A DNA stretch of 64,000 nucleotides, from NCBI RefSeq assembly GCF_000497125.1, contig NC_090603.1, forward strand, positions 372,001-436,000, in the 5' to 3' direction. The position numbers and the translations under genes are program-made. Positions 25,540 through 37,735 of this stretch are shown piece by piece (positions within the stretch are counted from its first letter, which is position 1; every line of letters begins with the position of its first letter). A model generated the notes under the pieces. The model worked only from the letters and a program-made list of their open reading frames with translations. It made no database searches and was not told the DNA's origin. This DNA is from Spironucleus salmonicida. Its lineage: Eukaryota.

Positions 25540-27018
25540 TCATCCTATCCACTAAATATATCCACGACCACTGATATCATGAAGCCCGAAATCAATTTTT
25601 GCTTTGTAATAAATTAATCTATCTGTAAGTATGAGTGATTCTACTATTTAACCTAAAAATTATCGGATCAATACATGAGTTTAGTACTTTCTTAATGACT
25701 AAATATTTTTCCCCATGAAACTGATAACTTATTATTAAGCTACTTCAAAGTCAACAAATCCGTCTTACGTGAAAAAATGTCGTGGTAAATCATATGATTT
25801 ATGTCTAAATTGAGTATATCTAGTATCTTTAATCAATTCTAATACAGCAGAAACATCTTCAGTTAACGGAAAATACTTTTAATCTAGATGACTATAACAA
25901 CATGGTATAGTTATCACTGCTCTACATTAGCTTTTAAAACTTAACAATGTAGGGGACAAATTTCCACAAGCATGGAGCCCAATAATAATAGTATTTGTAA
26001 CTGGTTAATCGCCAGTAATTTTTTCTCCAACGGCACCTTAAATAAATTTAGTATCCTAGTGATTATCAGTGATATTATAATCAATCTAATCCATTTGCTA
26101 TTACAATTCTTTTAAGTTAACTGCATTATTAAGAATATTATTGATACTGGTATCAATGTCAACAAAGCTTGCACAAAAATTGATATTATTGTAAATTTAA
26201 TTAATTAAAACCTAACTTGGTTTGTTTTGTATAAACTTTTAATCAAAAATAGAAGAGTATGTCTTACCGTAGAATCGTTTTAAAAATCCCATATTTCTCT
26301 ATAAGAAGGACCTTGAATGCTTTAGTGAGGCTTCAATCGCTACTACCTTCTCATTTTTATCATATGCCAGGAATGAACTCACATATCCTTTCCCAGCCCC
26401 TATTTCTACAAAAATTTAACCTTATCCGTAGAGATTTTATCTTCCTAGAAATTTATCAATTTGTAATATTTACTAAGCCTTATCCGCAGATATTTGGTGT
26501 TATGTTGTAGAGTAAGATGTAATTTCACATGGAGTACTTGTTTATTTTGGTAATATCAGTTTATTAATCATATTCAAGAATTTATTATCTGGAAAATCGC
26601 TGAAATCATTATCAAATAATATTTTACGGTATAGCTCCTTATTGGTAAATAAAATTTCCAATTCCAGCATCTCATCGCTAAACTAAATATCTAAGAGATC
26701 TGTATGAAAAGTCAGCAATTAAAAGCTATATATTTTAAAAAATTCATTCAAATCAGATATGTATTATGCAAATAGTTTATCTGTAACATTAATATCATAT
26801 TTATAACCAGGAAATAAACTAAACATTTTTATTAATGATATAAATTGATATAATAATATAGTATACTTCCCTTTTCCACTTTTAAATGAACCTACCTGAA
26901 TTAACATTTCCAGCATCATTAGAGGTTATAACTAAGCTATAGTTAATTTCCTTAACTAACCATCTTCCTCCAATATATGAATCCTATTTTAATATTAGTT
27001 TCGCTTTATAATAGACAT
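25540..27018 (-). CDS. METTL25/RRNAD1-like SAM-dependent methyltransferase (492 aa)
   Basis: Motif I IFVEIGAGKGYVSSFLA, KVVAIEA, IIIGLHACGNLSPTLL, VITIPCCY. Confidence 0.85.
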
Positions 27019-27056
27019 CTAAACACATAAAATAGTAGCTATTAGGCGCAGCTATT

Positions 27057-27746
27057 ATGCGATTCTGTAATTCATTCTTAGAAGACTATAATTCAGAAGG
27101 TAAGAAAATTGATCTTAAAATTGCAGCACATAAACGACACATCAGTACAGTTGTTACAGATGTCAGAAACGCATTTTCGCATACATAGATTCCAAAATAT
27201 GGAATAATTTTGAAAGCCGCCAATGAAGTTTTAAAGTATTTATAAAAAGTTTATACCCCACAAAAACTTTCAAATTATAATCTATTATAAAATAAATTAA
27301 ATTAGTTTCTCAATGCTAATACTATTAGTGTTTCACAGGAGATTTTAAACTTAATAGTTGATAATGAATTACATAATAAATACTGCTTATAAGTAATATT
27401 TTGTGGATTTTTCTATAGAAATCCTGAAATTGCATATAAAACAATGCGTTCAAGCGATAATTTCTTATCTAATGATCCTATGTCAGGGTTAAAACGGGTG
27501 ATTTAATATGTTAGAAAAACAATTGAGCTACCAATTTTTGATTTCATTCTAGGATAAACATTAAATTTCGAAAATATTTAAAAAGATCCAAGAATCGAAT
27601 TTAGTTAGGAATTTGCTGAAGCTATGAAGATTGAGATAATTGGAGAAATTGAAAATGTTTAAAATAGTGGACTTTAAATGAAAGAAAGTCATGGAACTAC
27701 ATCAGAAAGCATAAAATTGAAATGGTTTTATGGAGTTTCAGTATGA
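27057..27746 (+). CDS. hypothetical protein (229 aa)
   Basis: MRFCNSFLEDYNSEGKK...KLKWFYGVSV*; divergent from the methyltransferase with a 38 bp spacer. Confidence 0.7.
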
Positions 27747-27951
27747 GGAGTTGCTTATTATAATGTGAAAAATTATTTTTACTAATTTAAAGATTTGGTT
27801 AGCAGTTGTAAATATAGAATATTAATTAAATATTAATTGATAAAATTACAATGCATAAATTATATTAAAATAATATATTTGAAAATAAAGTTAGTATAAA
27901 TATTATTATTATATTGTTAAGTGCATAATTTATTTGTTTGTTTATTTTATA

Positions 27952-28728
27952 ATGTAGACAATATTTGACTACCTTTATGCATTAAAGAAAAACAACAAGC
28001 ATCTATTGGATTATATGAATGCAATAGGATAATTGAATAAAAGTTATTCTGCTAATTTAACTAGTATATAAAAGAAATATGAAAAATTTCCTTACTAATC
28101 GGATATTGATCTAAAATAATATACTAATTGCATGGTTAAACCAACATTAGATTATGCATACAATTTACTTGCAGCTAAAGAATAAATGGAAAAATAAAGA
28201 AGGCAATCGTCTGAAGTTGTCAGATTAATATAAACAAACTATCAGAAACTACTTAAAAAGACTGACACCACTTCTAAGTATTAAACTAATCCTATTCTTA
28301 ACTAATTTTATATTAGCTATAAATGTTAGCTATAGACTTGTTCAGATAACTAGAATTTGTTACTTAAATAAATTCTAGCTGACCTCGAAAGAACGAAAAA
28401 TGAATTTACTATAAATATTTAAAAATAGTCATTAACTTTTTATTAGCAATAAAAAATTTAGTCTAATCCTCCTGTTATTTAATCATAAGTTGACGAGTTT
28501 TTACCAGACCGACTCTCAACAGCTTAGGTCAATAGTTTTTAAGATAAGCAATAAAATTTTTAATTATTATAAACGTCAGGCTCAGATAGCATTAGTATTT
28601 TATAACATGAAGGGTCTATAGATAATAGCAAGATGGATTATTACCTAACCAGAAATCCATCCTAGCTATAAAAATAAGTCATTAACAATATCATTGAAGT
28701 TGAATTTGGCTCTGCCCCAATATTATGA
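27952..28728 (+). CDS. coiled-coil protein, F-BAR/FCH-like; distant paralog of 29073 and 32252 (258 aa)
   Basis: MQTIFDYLYALKKNNKHLLDYMNAIGQLNKSYSANLTSIQKKYEKFPYQSD...MEKQRRQSSEVVRLI aligns by eye with the neighbouring gene. Confidence 0.7.
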
Positions 28729-29070
28729 TTGTATGATTACTTTTTCTTTTGATTAATATATTTAGATACAAGGTAACTATTTTAGTTGAAAATTTAATTA
28801 TAAGCAAAGGATTGTTTCATCTATTTATAACATTTTGTATCATGAAAGATAATAGTTAGTATTAACTCTAATTGGTTACAAGAAAACACAATAATAAAAT
28901 TTTCTTAAAATCTCATAATATCTTATTACTTGGTAGCTAATCATGTTTCCTAGTTTTTACAAATCAAAGAATATTAAACCAAAATAATATAAAACATGTT
29001 TTAGCGATCTTTATAACCACATTAATATATAAGTTAAAAAATATGATACTATAATAATACTAGTGTAACA

Positions 29071-29915
29071 AAATGAAAAAAGTGGACCCTGGCGTGAACA
29101 GCCAGATCAGCCAGCTGTGGCAGGCGAAGAAGGTGCAGAAGTGGTACCAGGACTACTTCCTGGACCTGGCGAAGGTGCAGGAGACCTACCACCGGCAGCT
29201 CCTCCAGCTGGCGGACCGCTACACGGCCTGCAAGTTCCAGGCGGACCACCTCTACTCCATCGACCTCTTCCGCTTCACCAGCGATATTGCGTGCGCCCAG
29301 TATGTGCAGTGCCGGCGGCTGGTCTCGGAGCAGCGCGAGCTCGAGATGCAGCGGCGCACGCTCGCGGACACCCTGGACCTCATCAAGCGCCAGAAGCGCA
29401 GCCGGGACCCGCAGCTGCAGATGGTGATGGACGACGCGAAGAGCGCGCAGAACAAGCTCGCCCGCCTCACCTGCCAGCGGCTGCACGCGATCACCCTGGA
29501 CCCGTGCCGGTCGCAGCTGGAGCTGGAGCTGCAGGACTCGGTGCTGCACCAGTCCCAGCGCGCGGGCCGGTCCATGGGGCTGAACCAGGACTTCCTGGGC
29601 CGGGACGCGGTGACGGACAAGTTCCACAAGTTCTCCATCCCCGAGGTGAAGGGCCCGCTCAACTTCTTCGACCTCGGGACCTACAACATCTCCTTCCCCA
29701 GCGCCACCACACAGAACGACATCCAGGACCTGGAGGCGCACATCGAGCACGTGGAGGACTAGCAGCTGCGGCTCCAGATGCAGCAGACCTTCGACCGTAT
29801 CTTCAAGAAGAACGAGACCACCAGCAGCCTCACCGGGCTGTCCGTTTTCGGGCGCAACATCGACCAGTGAGCCCGCAGTGAATTAGCACCTCACTTCTTG
29901 AACAGTTGCAGGATC
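29071..29915 (+). repeat. ~845 bp direct duplication, copy 1
   Basis: Matches 32250-33094 (offset 3179); ORF-track translations are identical in more than one frame. Confidence 0.95.
29073..29870 (+). CDS. coiled-coil protein, F-BAR/FCH-like, copy 1 (265 aa)
   Basis: ORF 29073-29762 reads through TAG to CAG-TGA; very high GC3; YQDYFLDLAKVQETYHRQLLQLADRY. Confidence 0.85.
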
Positions 29916-30436
29916 TGACCTTCTAACTATTAGTGTTCATGTTGATAAGATAATAAATATTCCTAAACTTTATTTGCTCTCTCTTAGTATGTTTGCTCAC
30001 ATTTGTTCAGTCGGTCAAGACATTATTTACACTCCTATTAGAAGATCTTAGGATCAACATCAGTTTTGAGTATTAAGTCCTCTAATGATTAACTGTGAGC
30101 TTCAATTTATTTTAAAATCTTTTCTGTTTAATCTACTGCTTTAACTGCCTCTTACACATCAGATATATTTTTTTCTTCAATAAAATCGAACTTATCTTAG
30201 AAACCTTTATACTATCGATGGGCTTCATCATCTACCATATTAGTAAGTTTAAATTATTTCATTACATGTCGATATTATTAGTCAAGTTCTTTCATTAATT
30301 CATCTACTTATATTTAAAGCTATTCCACATTACCTTGATTGTTGAGATACTATTTTACATCTAAATGAGCTATTTTATATGTAATATACTCACGTACTTC
30401 ATCAAACAGACGTTTCAGACAATCACATTATGACAT
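29891..30436 (-). CDS. coiled-coil hypothetical protein (181 aa)
   Basis: MSQCDCLKRLFDEVREYI...LEGQILQLFKK*; C-rich motif upstream; ends AAG-TGA. Confidence 0.75.
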
Positions 30437-30478
30437 TTGAAGTGGAAATGGAATGACTCACAAATTTAAATCATTTTT

Positions 30479-30865
30479 TCATTATCTATACTATACGGAA
30501 TAAACTTTAATGGGATTTATGGTTTCAACTTTTGGCTTCTCTTAATGATCATATATATTCTCTTCCACTTTATCATTGGTATCTCCAAAATAATCAACTA
30601 AATTAAAAGAAGTTTGTCTATTTCTGAACTACCGAAATTGCTTATCTACAATGATATTCCTTCTAACTTTAAGCACGTCATTTCTTACATGGTGCTACAT
30701 GTCAACTCGCATTCGCTCCTTTCCGATCAAAATTGACGCTTGATCTTTCCAGGTGTTACGCGTGTTATTTATCCATTCTAATTATTTTGACTATATTATC
30801 GGAGACCTTAGTGGTATATTTTCATGCTTAAACACCTCAATTAGCGGAGAGTCTGCTAAAGTCAT
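30479..30865 (-). CDS. hypothetical protein (128 aa)
   Basis: MTLADSPLIEVFKHENIPLRSP...; open with TAR=Gln. Confidence 0.6.
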
Positions 30866-30984
30866 TTTACTACTGAGCCCAATTCATAATTTAAATATAC
30901 CATATTACAGTATTTACGATTTCTATTTTAATATTAGATATAATTTATAATATAGAATACCAGATTTTTCTGTACTTTTATCAA

Positions 30985-32109
30985 ATGATCACCTTTCAAC
31001 CCTCCAAAACCTACAGCGAATTTTTGCTTTAAATCAAAAACTAGGGTCTGATAACACAGCAGGAATATGATTTCGTACAGCATCAGCAGCTAGGCTCACA
31101 CAACCGCACGGTGAAATACGTAGACGCAGATGCCAGGACGAGCGGTATTTGCATCTATTTACCATCCTAGTACCGGAAGGCGGCAAGCAAGTAAATTCTG
31201 AAGACGCTTGAGCTCGAGGACGCCATTATCGTCTACCTGCACAAAGGCGGCGACTTCTTGCTGCACATTCCGGCCGTCCAGGCTCATTTCCGCCGCATCC
31301 CACTCGTAATCGTGACAAACTTGGAGAATCTAGCTAGACGGTCAAGTTTCTCTGTGATAACTGATTTGGCGCAACTTCTCGCGCCCGAAATCCCGGCCGG
31401 TGCGGCGTCGCTCGTGGGGCCGTTCGAGGGCAGTTTCCTGCTCCAAATTGACACTTCCGCAGAAGCGTGCTCCGTTGCCGGGCTGATGTGCAAGGCCTTC
31501 CACGACGACCCCATTTTCGGCGTCATTCAGCCCAAAACGCTGCAGCGCGAGGCGCTCCTTTTCGACGTAATCCGCCACATTGCAGAGTAAACAGGCGTCC
31601 ACGGCCTGAATTATCTACTGGTGAGCCAATTCAACACGTTTGCAGCCTCTGCGGGCGTGCTCGCTGCGCCTGCAGGGATGCTCAAAAATCACTGGGGGAG
31701 CCCGGTACGGCTGGCGCAGATCTTCCTAAAGCACGGCCTGAGCGTTAAGAACATCGGAAATCTTGCGTTTCTGGACAAATTCCACGCCAAAAATTGCGGC
31801 GATTTGGCGAACTCGGTGTACGTTGCCTGGATCAGCGCCGCCTTGGGGTGCCAGGGGAAGGGCTTCGGCGGAATATTTATGCGATTGCTCACCGATATGG
31901 CCGATTAGTCGAATTCTTACGTCTATTTGGAGAACTCAAAGGAAAAAAATTTACAGTTTTATGAGAAATACGGGCTGCAGGTCACTTAAAAATTTGGTAT
32001 GGTCAGGGGAAATTTGAAGGCCCAGGGGTGGGGGATGCTGCGTGGAAATTCAGAAAATAGGAGTAAAATCGTGGAAACTGACGTAGCAGAACAGCTCCAT
32101 TTCAAGTGA
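30985..32109 (+). CDS. GNAT-family N-acetyltransferase (374 aa)
   Basis: AFHDDPIF; VYVAWISAALGCQGKGFGGIFM (motif A); VYLENSKEKNLQFYEKYGL (motif B); ends AAG-TGA. Confidence 0.85.
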
Positions 32110-32249
32110 GCTATTTTGTAATATTGTATTATAATGCGTTAAATCTATGTTTAGCTTATAATTAAAATAAAGTTTAGTCCACTTTTCAATCTTTAAAATT
32201 TCTTTAAAAATAATAAATTTAATATAATAATAATTTTACCGTAGTGGTA

Positions 32250-33094
32250 AAATGAAAAAAGTAGACCCTGGCGTGAACAGCCAGATCAGCCAGCTGTGGC
32301 AGGCGAAGAAGGTGCAGAAGTGGTACCAGGACTACTTCCTGGACCTGGCGAAGGTGCAGGAGACCTACCACCGGCAGCTCCTCCAGCTGGCGGACCGCTA
32401 CACGGCCTGCAAGTTCCAGGCGGACCACCTCTACTCCATCGACCTCTTCCGCTTCACCAGCGATATTGCGTGCGCCCAGTATGTGCAGTGCCGGCGGCTG
32501 GTCTCGGAGCAGCGCGAGCTCGAGATGCAGCGGCGCACGCTCGCGGACACCCTGGACCTCATCAAGCGCCAGAAGCGCAGCCGGGACCCGCAGCTGCAGA
32601 TGGTGATGGACGACGCGAAGAGCGCGCAGAACAAGCTCGCCCGCCTCACCTGCCAGCGGCTGCACGCGATCACCCTGGACCCGTGCCGGTCGCAGCTGGA
32701 GCTGGAGCTGCAGGACTCGGTGCTGCACCAGTCCCAGCGCGCGGGCCGGTCCATGGGGCTGAACCAGGACTTCCTGGGCCGGGACGCGGTGACGGACAAG
32801 TTCCACAAGTTCTCCATCCCCGAGGTGAAGGGCCCGCTCAACTTCTTCGACCTCGGGACCTACAACATCTCCTTCCCCAGCGCCACCACACAGAACGACA
32901 TCCAGGACCTGGAGGCGCACATCGAGCACGTGGAGGACTAGCAGCTGCGGCTCCAGATGCAGCAGACCTTCGACCGTATCTTCAAGAAGAACGAGACCAC
33001 CAGCAGCCTCACCGGGCTGTCCGTTTTCGGGCGCAACATCGACCAGTGAGCCCGCAGTGAATTAGCACCTCACTTCTTGAACAGCCGCAGGATC
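32250..33094 (+). repeat. ~845 bp direct duplication, copy 2
   Basis: Matches 29071-29915; visible differences are GTG/GTA at codon 4 and TT/CC near the 3' end. Confidence 0.95.
32252..33049 (+). CDS. coiled-coil protein, F-BAR/FCH-like, copy 2 (265 aa)
   Basis: Protein identical to 29073-29870. Confidence 0.85.
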
Positions 33095-33704
33095 CAGTTT
33101 TCATTTTATTTACTTAAATATCTAAGACAAGTATAATGAATACTAATTTTGGTTAGAGATCAGTATTTTTAAATAAAGCAAGGTATAAATAGCTTTAAAT
33201 CAAACTATAATTATATTAAAAAAACTTATTAATGCATTCATACGTATGTGAATTAAAAATTTTAGCCATTACTGCGTGAGTTTTATATGGTATTGTTACA
33301 TTTCGTTATAATTAAAAATTACAGATTAGTAAATATAGTAATACTTCCATATCTAAAAAAATGTAATTAAATAATCTAAATTCAAAAAGGTATTTATTTT
33401 AGAAAATTAGATTGACGTTAATTTATCTTGTTGTTGATACTATTAAATGCAAACGTTTGATCCTATTTAATTCCTTCAGAATAAAATAGATTAGTAAAGA
33501 TACACTAAAAATTTAATAAAATAACATAAATATATGGTTATCAAGTTCAATTTTATCAATCTATATTATTAATCATAATATCCTAAGAATTAAATTATTT
33601 TGAATTTAAAGTAACTAATAATATCTATAAATTTTATAGTTGTCTCAAATCTTCATCCTATTCCTTACTATAAATACAAAAAATTTAGATACAAATTCCC
33701 CAGT

Positions 33705-34640
33705 TCACTTTTTGCTTCTTTTAATTAAATAGAAAGCAAGTCCACCTCCAAGAGCTCCGAGTACAACTAAGACAGCTACAACAATACCTGCAATGGCGCC
33801 ACTAGAAAGATTGGTTCCAAGAGGTGCAGGGAAGAAGCAGGAATCCTCAATTTTTTCAGCATTTTCGACACACTAAGAGCACTATTATCCTTCTAGCATA
33901 TAACTAGCAAGGCAAGAACTGCATTTTTTATTAGTCTCATCGCATGATAAGCAGTTTTTCGTAAAATCGCACGCACATGAAGTGATCTATTTAGCACTTC
34001 CACATGAAATAGGGCTCCCATTCACGCAAGCCTGACCTTGCTTTAGACCACCACTACAGTCTGCCTGACAGCTTTAGTAAATTGTGAGCTCGAACTGCAC
34101 CTTGCAACTATCACACAGCGTTGCTGACTTAGAGCAGGTTTTGCAGTTTGTACTACACTTTTAGCATGTTGCTCCGTCTTTGAAATACCCATTAGCACAC
34201 TCAGAACAACTAGATTCTGAGTCGAGTTTATAGCCTTCTAGACACAGGGCGCAGTTATTAGTCTAGGCAGCCCCGCATGTTGCACAGTTTATAGATGCCC
34301 CGCACTTACAGGGGATAACTTAGCCGTCAAAGCACGCCACACAAAAACTGCCAGATAAGTTATGGCCATTACTGCAGCTGAGACATTGCGAATTGGATGG
34401 ACCCGTACAAGTCGCGCAGACATTATCACAGTTATTGCAAGTTTTATCGGCAAGCAAATATTTACCCGGATTACATGACTCGCACACTGCATCGGCACGG
34501 CTTGTTCCTGAGCACGTAGCGCATTCGCTCTTGCATATTTCACAGTTGATTGGTTTATCTGCAGCAGTTGAAGGACAGAAATTATTTCCAACACAATAAT
34601 TCATGGTTAAAGTGCAACTATCTGTTAAATCATCTTCCAT
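33705..34640 (-). CDS. cysteine-rich membrane protein (CRMP1-like, 311 aa)
   Basis: [24 protein letters not shown]..., CxxC repeats, [31 protein letters not shown], tail KRSKK*; clear paralog of 9878. Confidence 0.9.
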
Positions 34641-35582
34641 TTTACTTGATATGAATTTTGTTATATTAAAATAAATACATGGGAAAAAAAATAATAGGAA
34701 ATGTAAAATTACTGAAATAGATATATTTGCAATTATAACACCACTTCAACCGAAAATTAGTTATTATACATATAAGCACTAAATACTTATATAAGTACTA
34801 ATTTAATTATCTTTGATAAATAATATAATTTGATTTAAACTCAATTCGTATGTTTTATACGTAAATTATTACTATTTTGATATACAATAATTATAATATT
34901 TCCTTGAGATGTAAATAACAAAAACTTAAAAATTGAAGAATTTCGTAGATTATTAATTAATTTGAAGTTTCCCGTTTTTGCTTTCGTAAGGATATTAACA
35001 ATTTACAGTATAAATAATAATTAAATCCGCAAAGATACGTATACTAGTACACACATACCTATATGTTAAAATATCATAATAACTTTCGGTTATTTGACAA
35101 GATATTTTAAAGATGTAGTAGTTTATAATACAATCTATTATGAATATGTATTCATAGCAAAAGCAGTAGAATTAATGTCAAAGTTTAATAACAAATACAA
35201 ATAAGTTAAATAGGAATATCCTTCTCATTTTACTTAATTATATTAATTAGTAACTCTATATTTTTATTAATATAATTCACCATCAGAAAAATCGGTAATT
35301 TATATCTTATTAATAATTTCGATTAATATATTTCCTAGAATATGCGTATAGTAAAATATGATTATCAGTGATAAATTAAATGCTCATATTTCATTGCTAT
35401 GTTATTATAAACAAGAATAATAATATTGTTAAGTGGTATTTATTTATTAAAAATTTAATATAAAAAATAAATTAAAAATTAACTGGAATTATAATAACGA
35501 CTTTTAATTTGATAAAAGTTATTAAATTAATTACATCAAATACATAATAATTTTTATGGTTTACAACAAATACTAAAACTGT

Positions 35583-37070
35583 TCATTAACGCTTTTTATA
35601 ATTACTTCTTTTACGTCTTTTAAGTGCTACTAAAGCATTAACAATCCCATACAAAGAATATATCATAGAAAATACTATCCATACTACACCAACAATAGAT
35701 GCAAAAATAACTGTGAAATTTATTTGTTAATCTTACAGATCATCTATAAAAATTAAAAATTAGATATCTTTTAAACGCATCTCTAATGTATAATTGATAC
35801 TATCAAAAAATTGATCTTCACCTTTAAAATTAAGACTTGTCGATGAACTATCTTGATTTATTGAAATCTATTGATTTATATTATTCGTAAGAGTAAATTG
35901 AGCAGATCCGGTATTACATTTTCCGTTTAGTTACAAAGTTACCTTCAGTTGTTTTTTATGTCTTATTCCTGTTACCTTAGTCCAACATGTTGGAAACAAT
36001 TTTGGTGTTTGCTTATACATGGATTTAAGATTTTAGTCCAAACTGATAGAAATCATGTCAATAACAATAAGATCAAAAGTTTACGAAAGTACAATTTATT
36101 TACAAATTGAATTGAGTTTAATAATTTAATTATCACATGATAATTTAATTATTACAAGGTTTTATAGTGGTTAGTTGTGATTAACTGAAAAAGAATAATG
36201 GCTACCATTTACCACAAATGAAACTTTAAACGTAGTAACATCACCTAAATGCTTAATATAATCATCATACTTAGTTTAATCCAACTATACTTGTATATAA
36301 ATATTATTATTCTACAAAGATAATTATATACTTTAAAAGAAGCCAATAACTGTTTCAAGTTCTGTTTTCTATATGTCAACTTAGAATTATACCTATTGTC
36401 CAGATTAATTAGTTGAAAATATTATAAGTGAGTTTAAAAACGGCTATTGTTATGCAAACTTTAACAAATCAACATTAAATACTAATTGTTATTTTTTCAC
36501 ATTATAATCAAACCCTAAACTAAGATCTAACTCAACGAGATCTTCACTAAGAGTTAATTGAACTCCTTATAGATAATTATCTAAGCTTACATCTTTTAAT
36601 GCCATTTAAGTAGAGCAAAGACCAGTTGGATATAGTGTTATCTCAACTCTATTTCTAAAAACTTATGCAATTGATTTATGCTCATAGCATTCTTATAAAT
36701 TCGATTTTTATATCAAAAATTTTGGAATTAATGTAGTTAAAACTGAGCCAAACGTAAAGATGTCAAGTTACATAGAGTAAACTAAAGTGATTTTCTGACC
36801 TGGCGGCAGCACAGTTTGAAATGTAATATTTGTTGTAGTTTCGTAAACAAAATTTGATATAGTAGTGGTAATGATTGGTATATCACTGCCCTCAATACTG
36901 TTAATAGTAAGATTAACCTGAACACCAATAGGCATATTTGAACATATAGACACATTTAGAGGTGTAAGCTGTACTACCATTTAATTAATATTTTCATCAT
37001 ACACAAGAAAAGATTTTTAATCATAGCAATCTTCCAATACCTACTAAAATATTTGCAGAATAATGATCAT
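35583..37070 (-). CDS. type I membrane protein (495 aa)
   Basis: Short hydrophobic start MIIILQIFQQVLEDCYD, C-terminal TM (~35630-35720) and basic tail KRRKRSNYKKRQ*. Confidence 0.75.
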
Positions 37071-37735
37071 TTTTCAGAACAAGATTAAGTTTAATATATT
37101 TTCTATTAACTTATAAAATGGTAGAATATTATCTATTGCAGTAAAATATAAGAAAGTAATTAGTATTTAAGATTATATATTACTTAAAAATTTTATTCTT
37201 AATTATTATCTTACAGTGTAGTATATTTTATTATAATAATTTGACAATAAATAATAAAAAGATTAGATTAATATTAATTTATAAGAATAACTTATCTCAA
37301 AAAATGATAATATATATTGATAATAAAACATGATATAATGAGATTTATATTCGGCAATTTTATCTAATTTAAAATTAAAAAGTAATAATACTTTGTTAGT
37401 AGAATAGATTTGTAAAAAGTATTATTTGATTTACAAAATTTGAAAATAGAATTAGTTGATTTGTTAAATATATTTATTATAACATAATTATTAAATTAAA
37501 TTTATTACATATTTTGTATATTAATTCCACATTATTATGTATGATTGTATATTTATGCAAACTATAAAAATCAAATTTATATTTCTGGTAATTAGTTAAA
37601 GTTAATGTTATTCAATAATTTTTAATTTTCAAAACTACTACTTAATTTTTATATTATATCGTAATTTCAAAAATTAATTTCCTTAAATATATACATTATA
37701 TTTATAGTCTATTGTATCTTTACTTTGAGACTAAA

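Noticed and set aside
29071-33094. LTR element or composite transposon bounded by the direct repeats
   Set aside because: The repeats are a complete protein-coding gene, and no transposase, reverse transcriptase, integrase, TIR or target-site duplication is visible.
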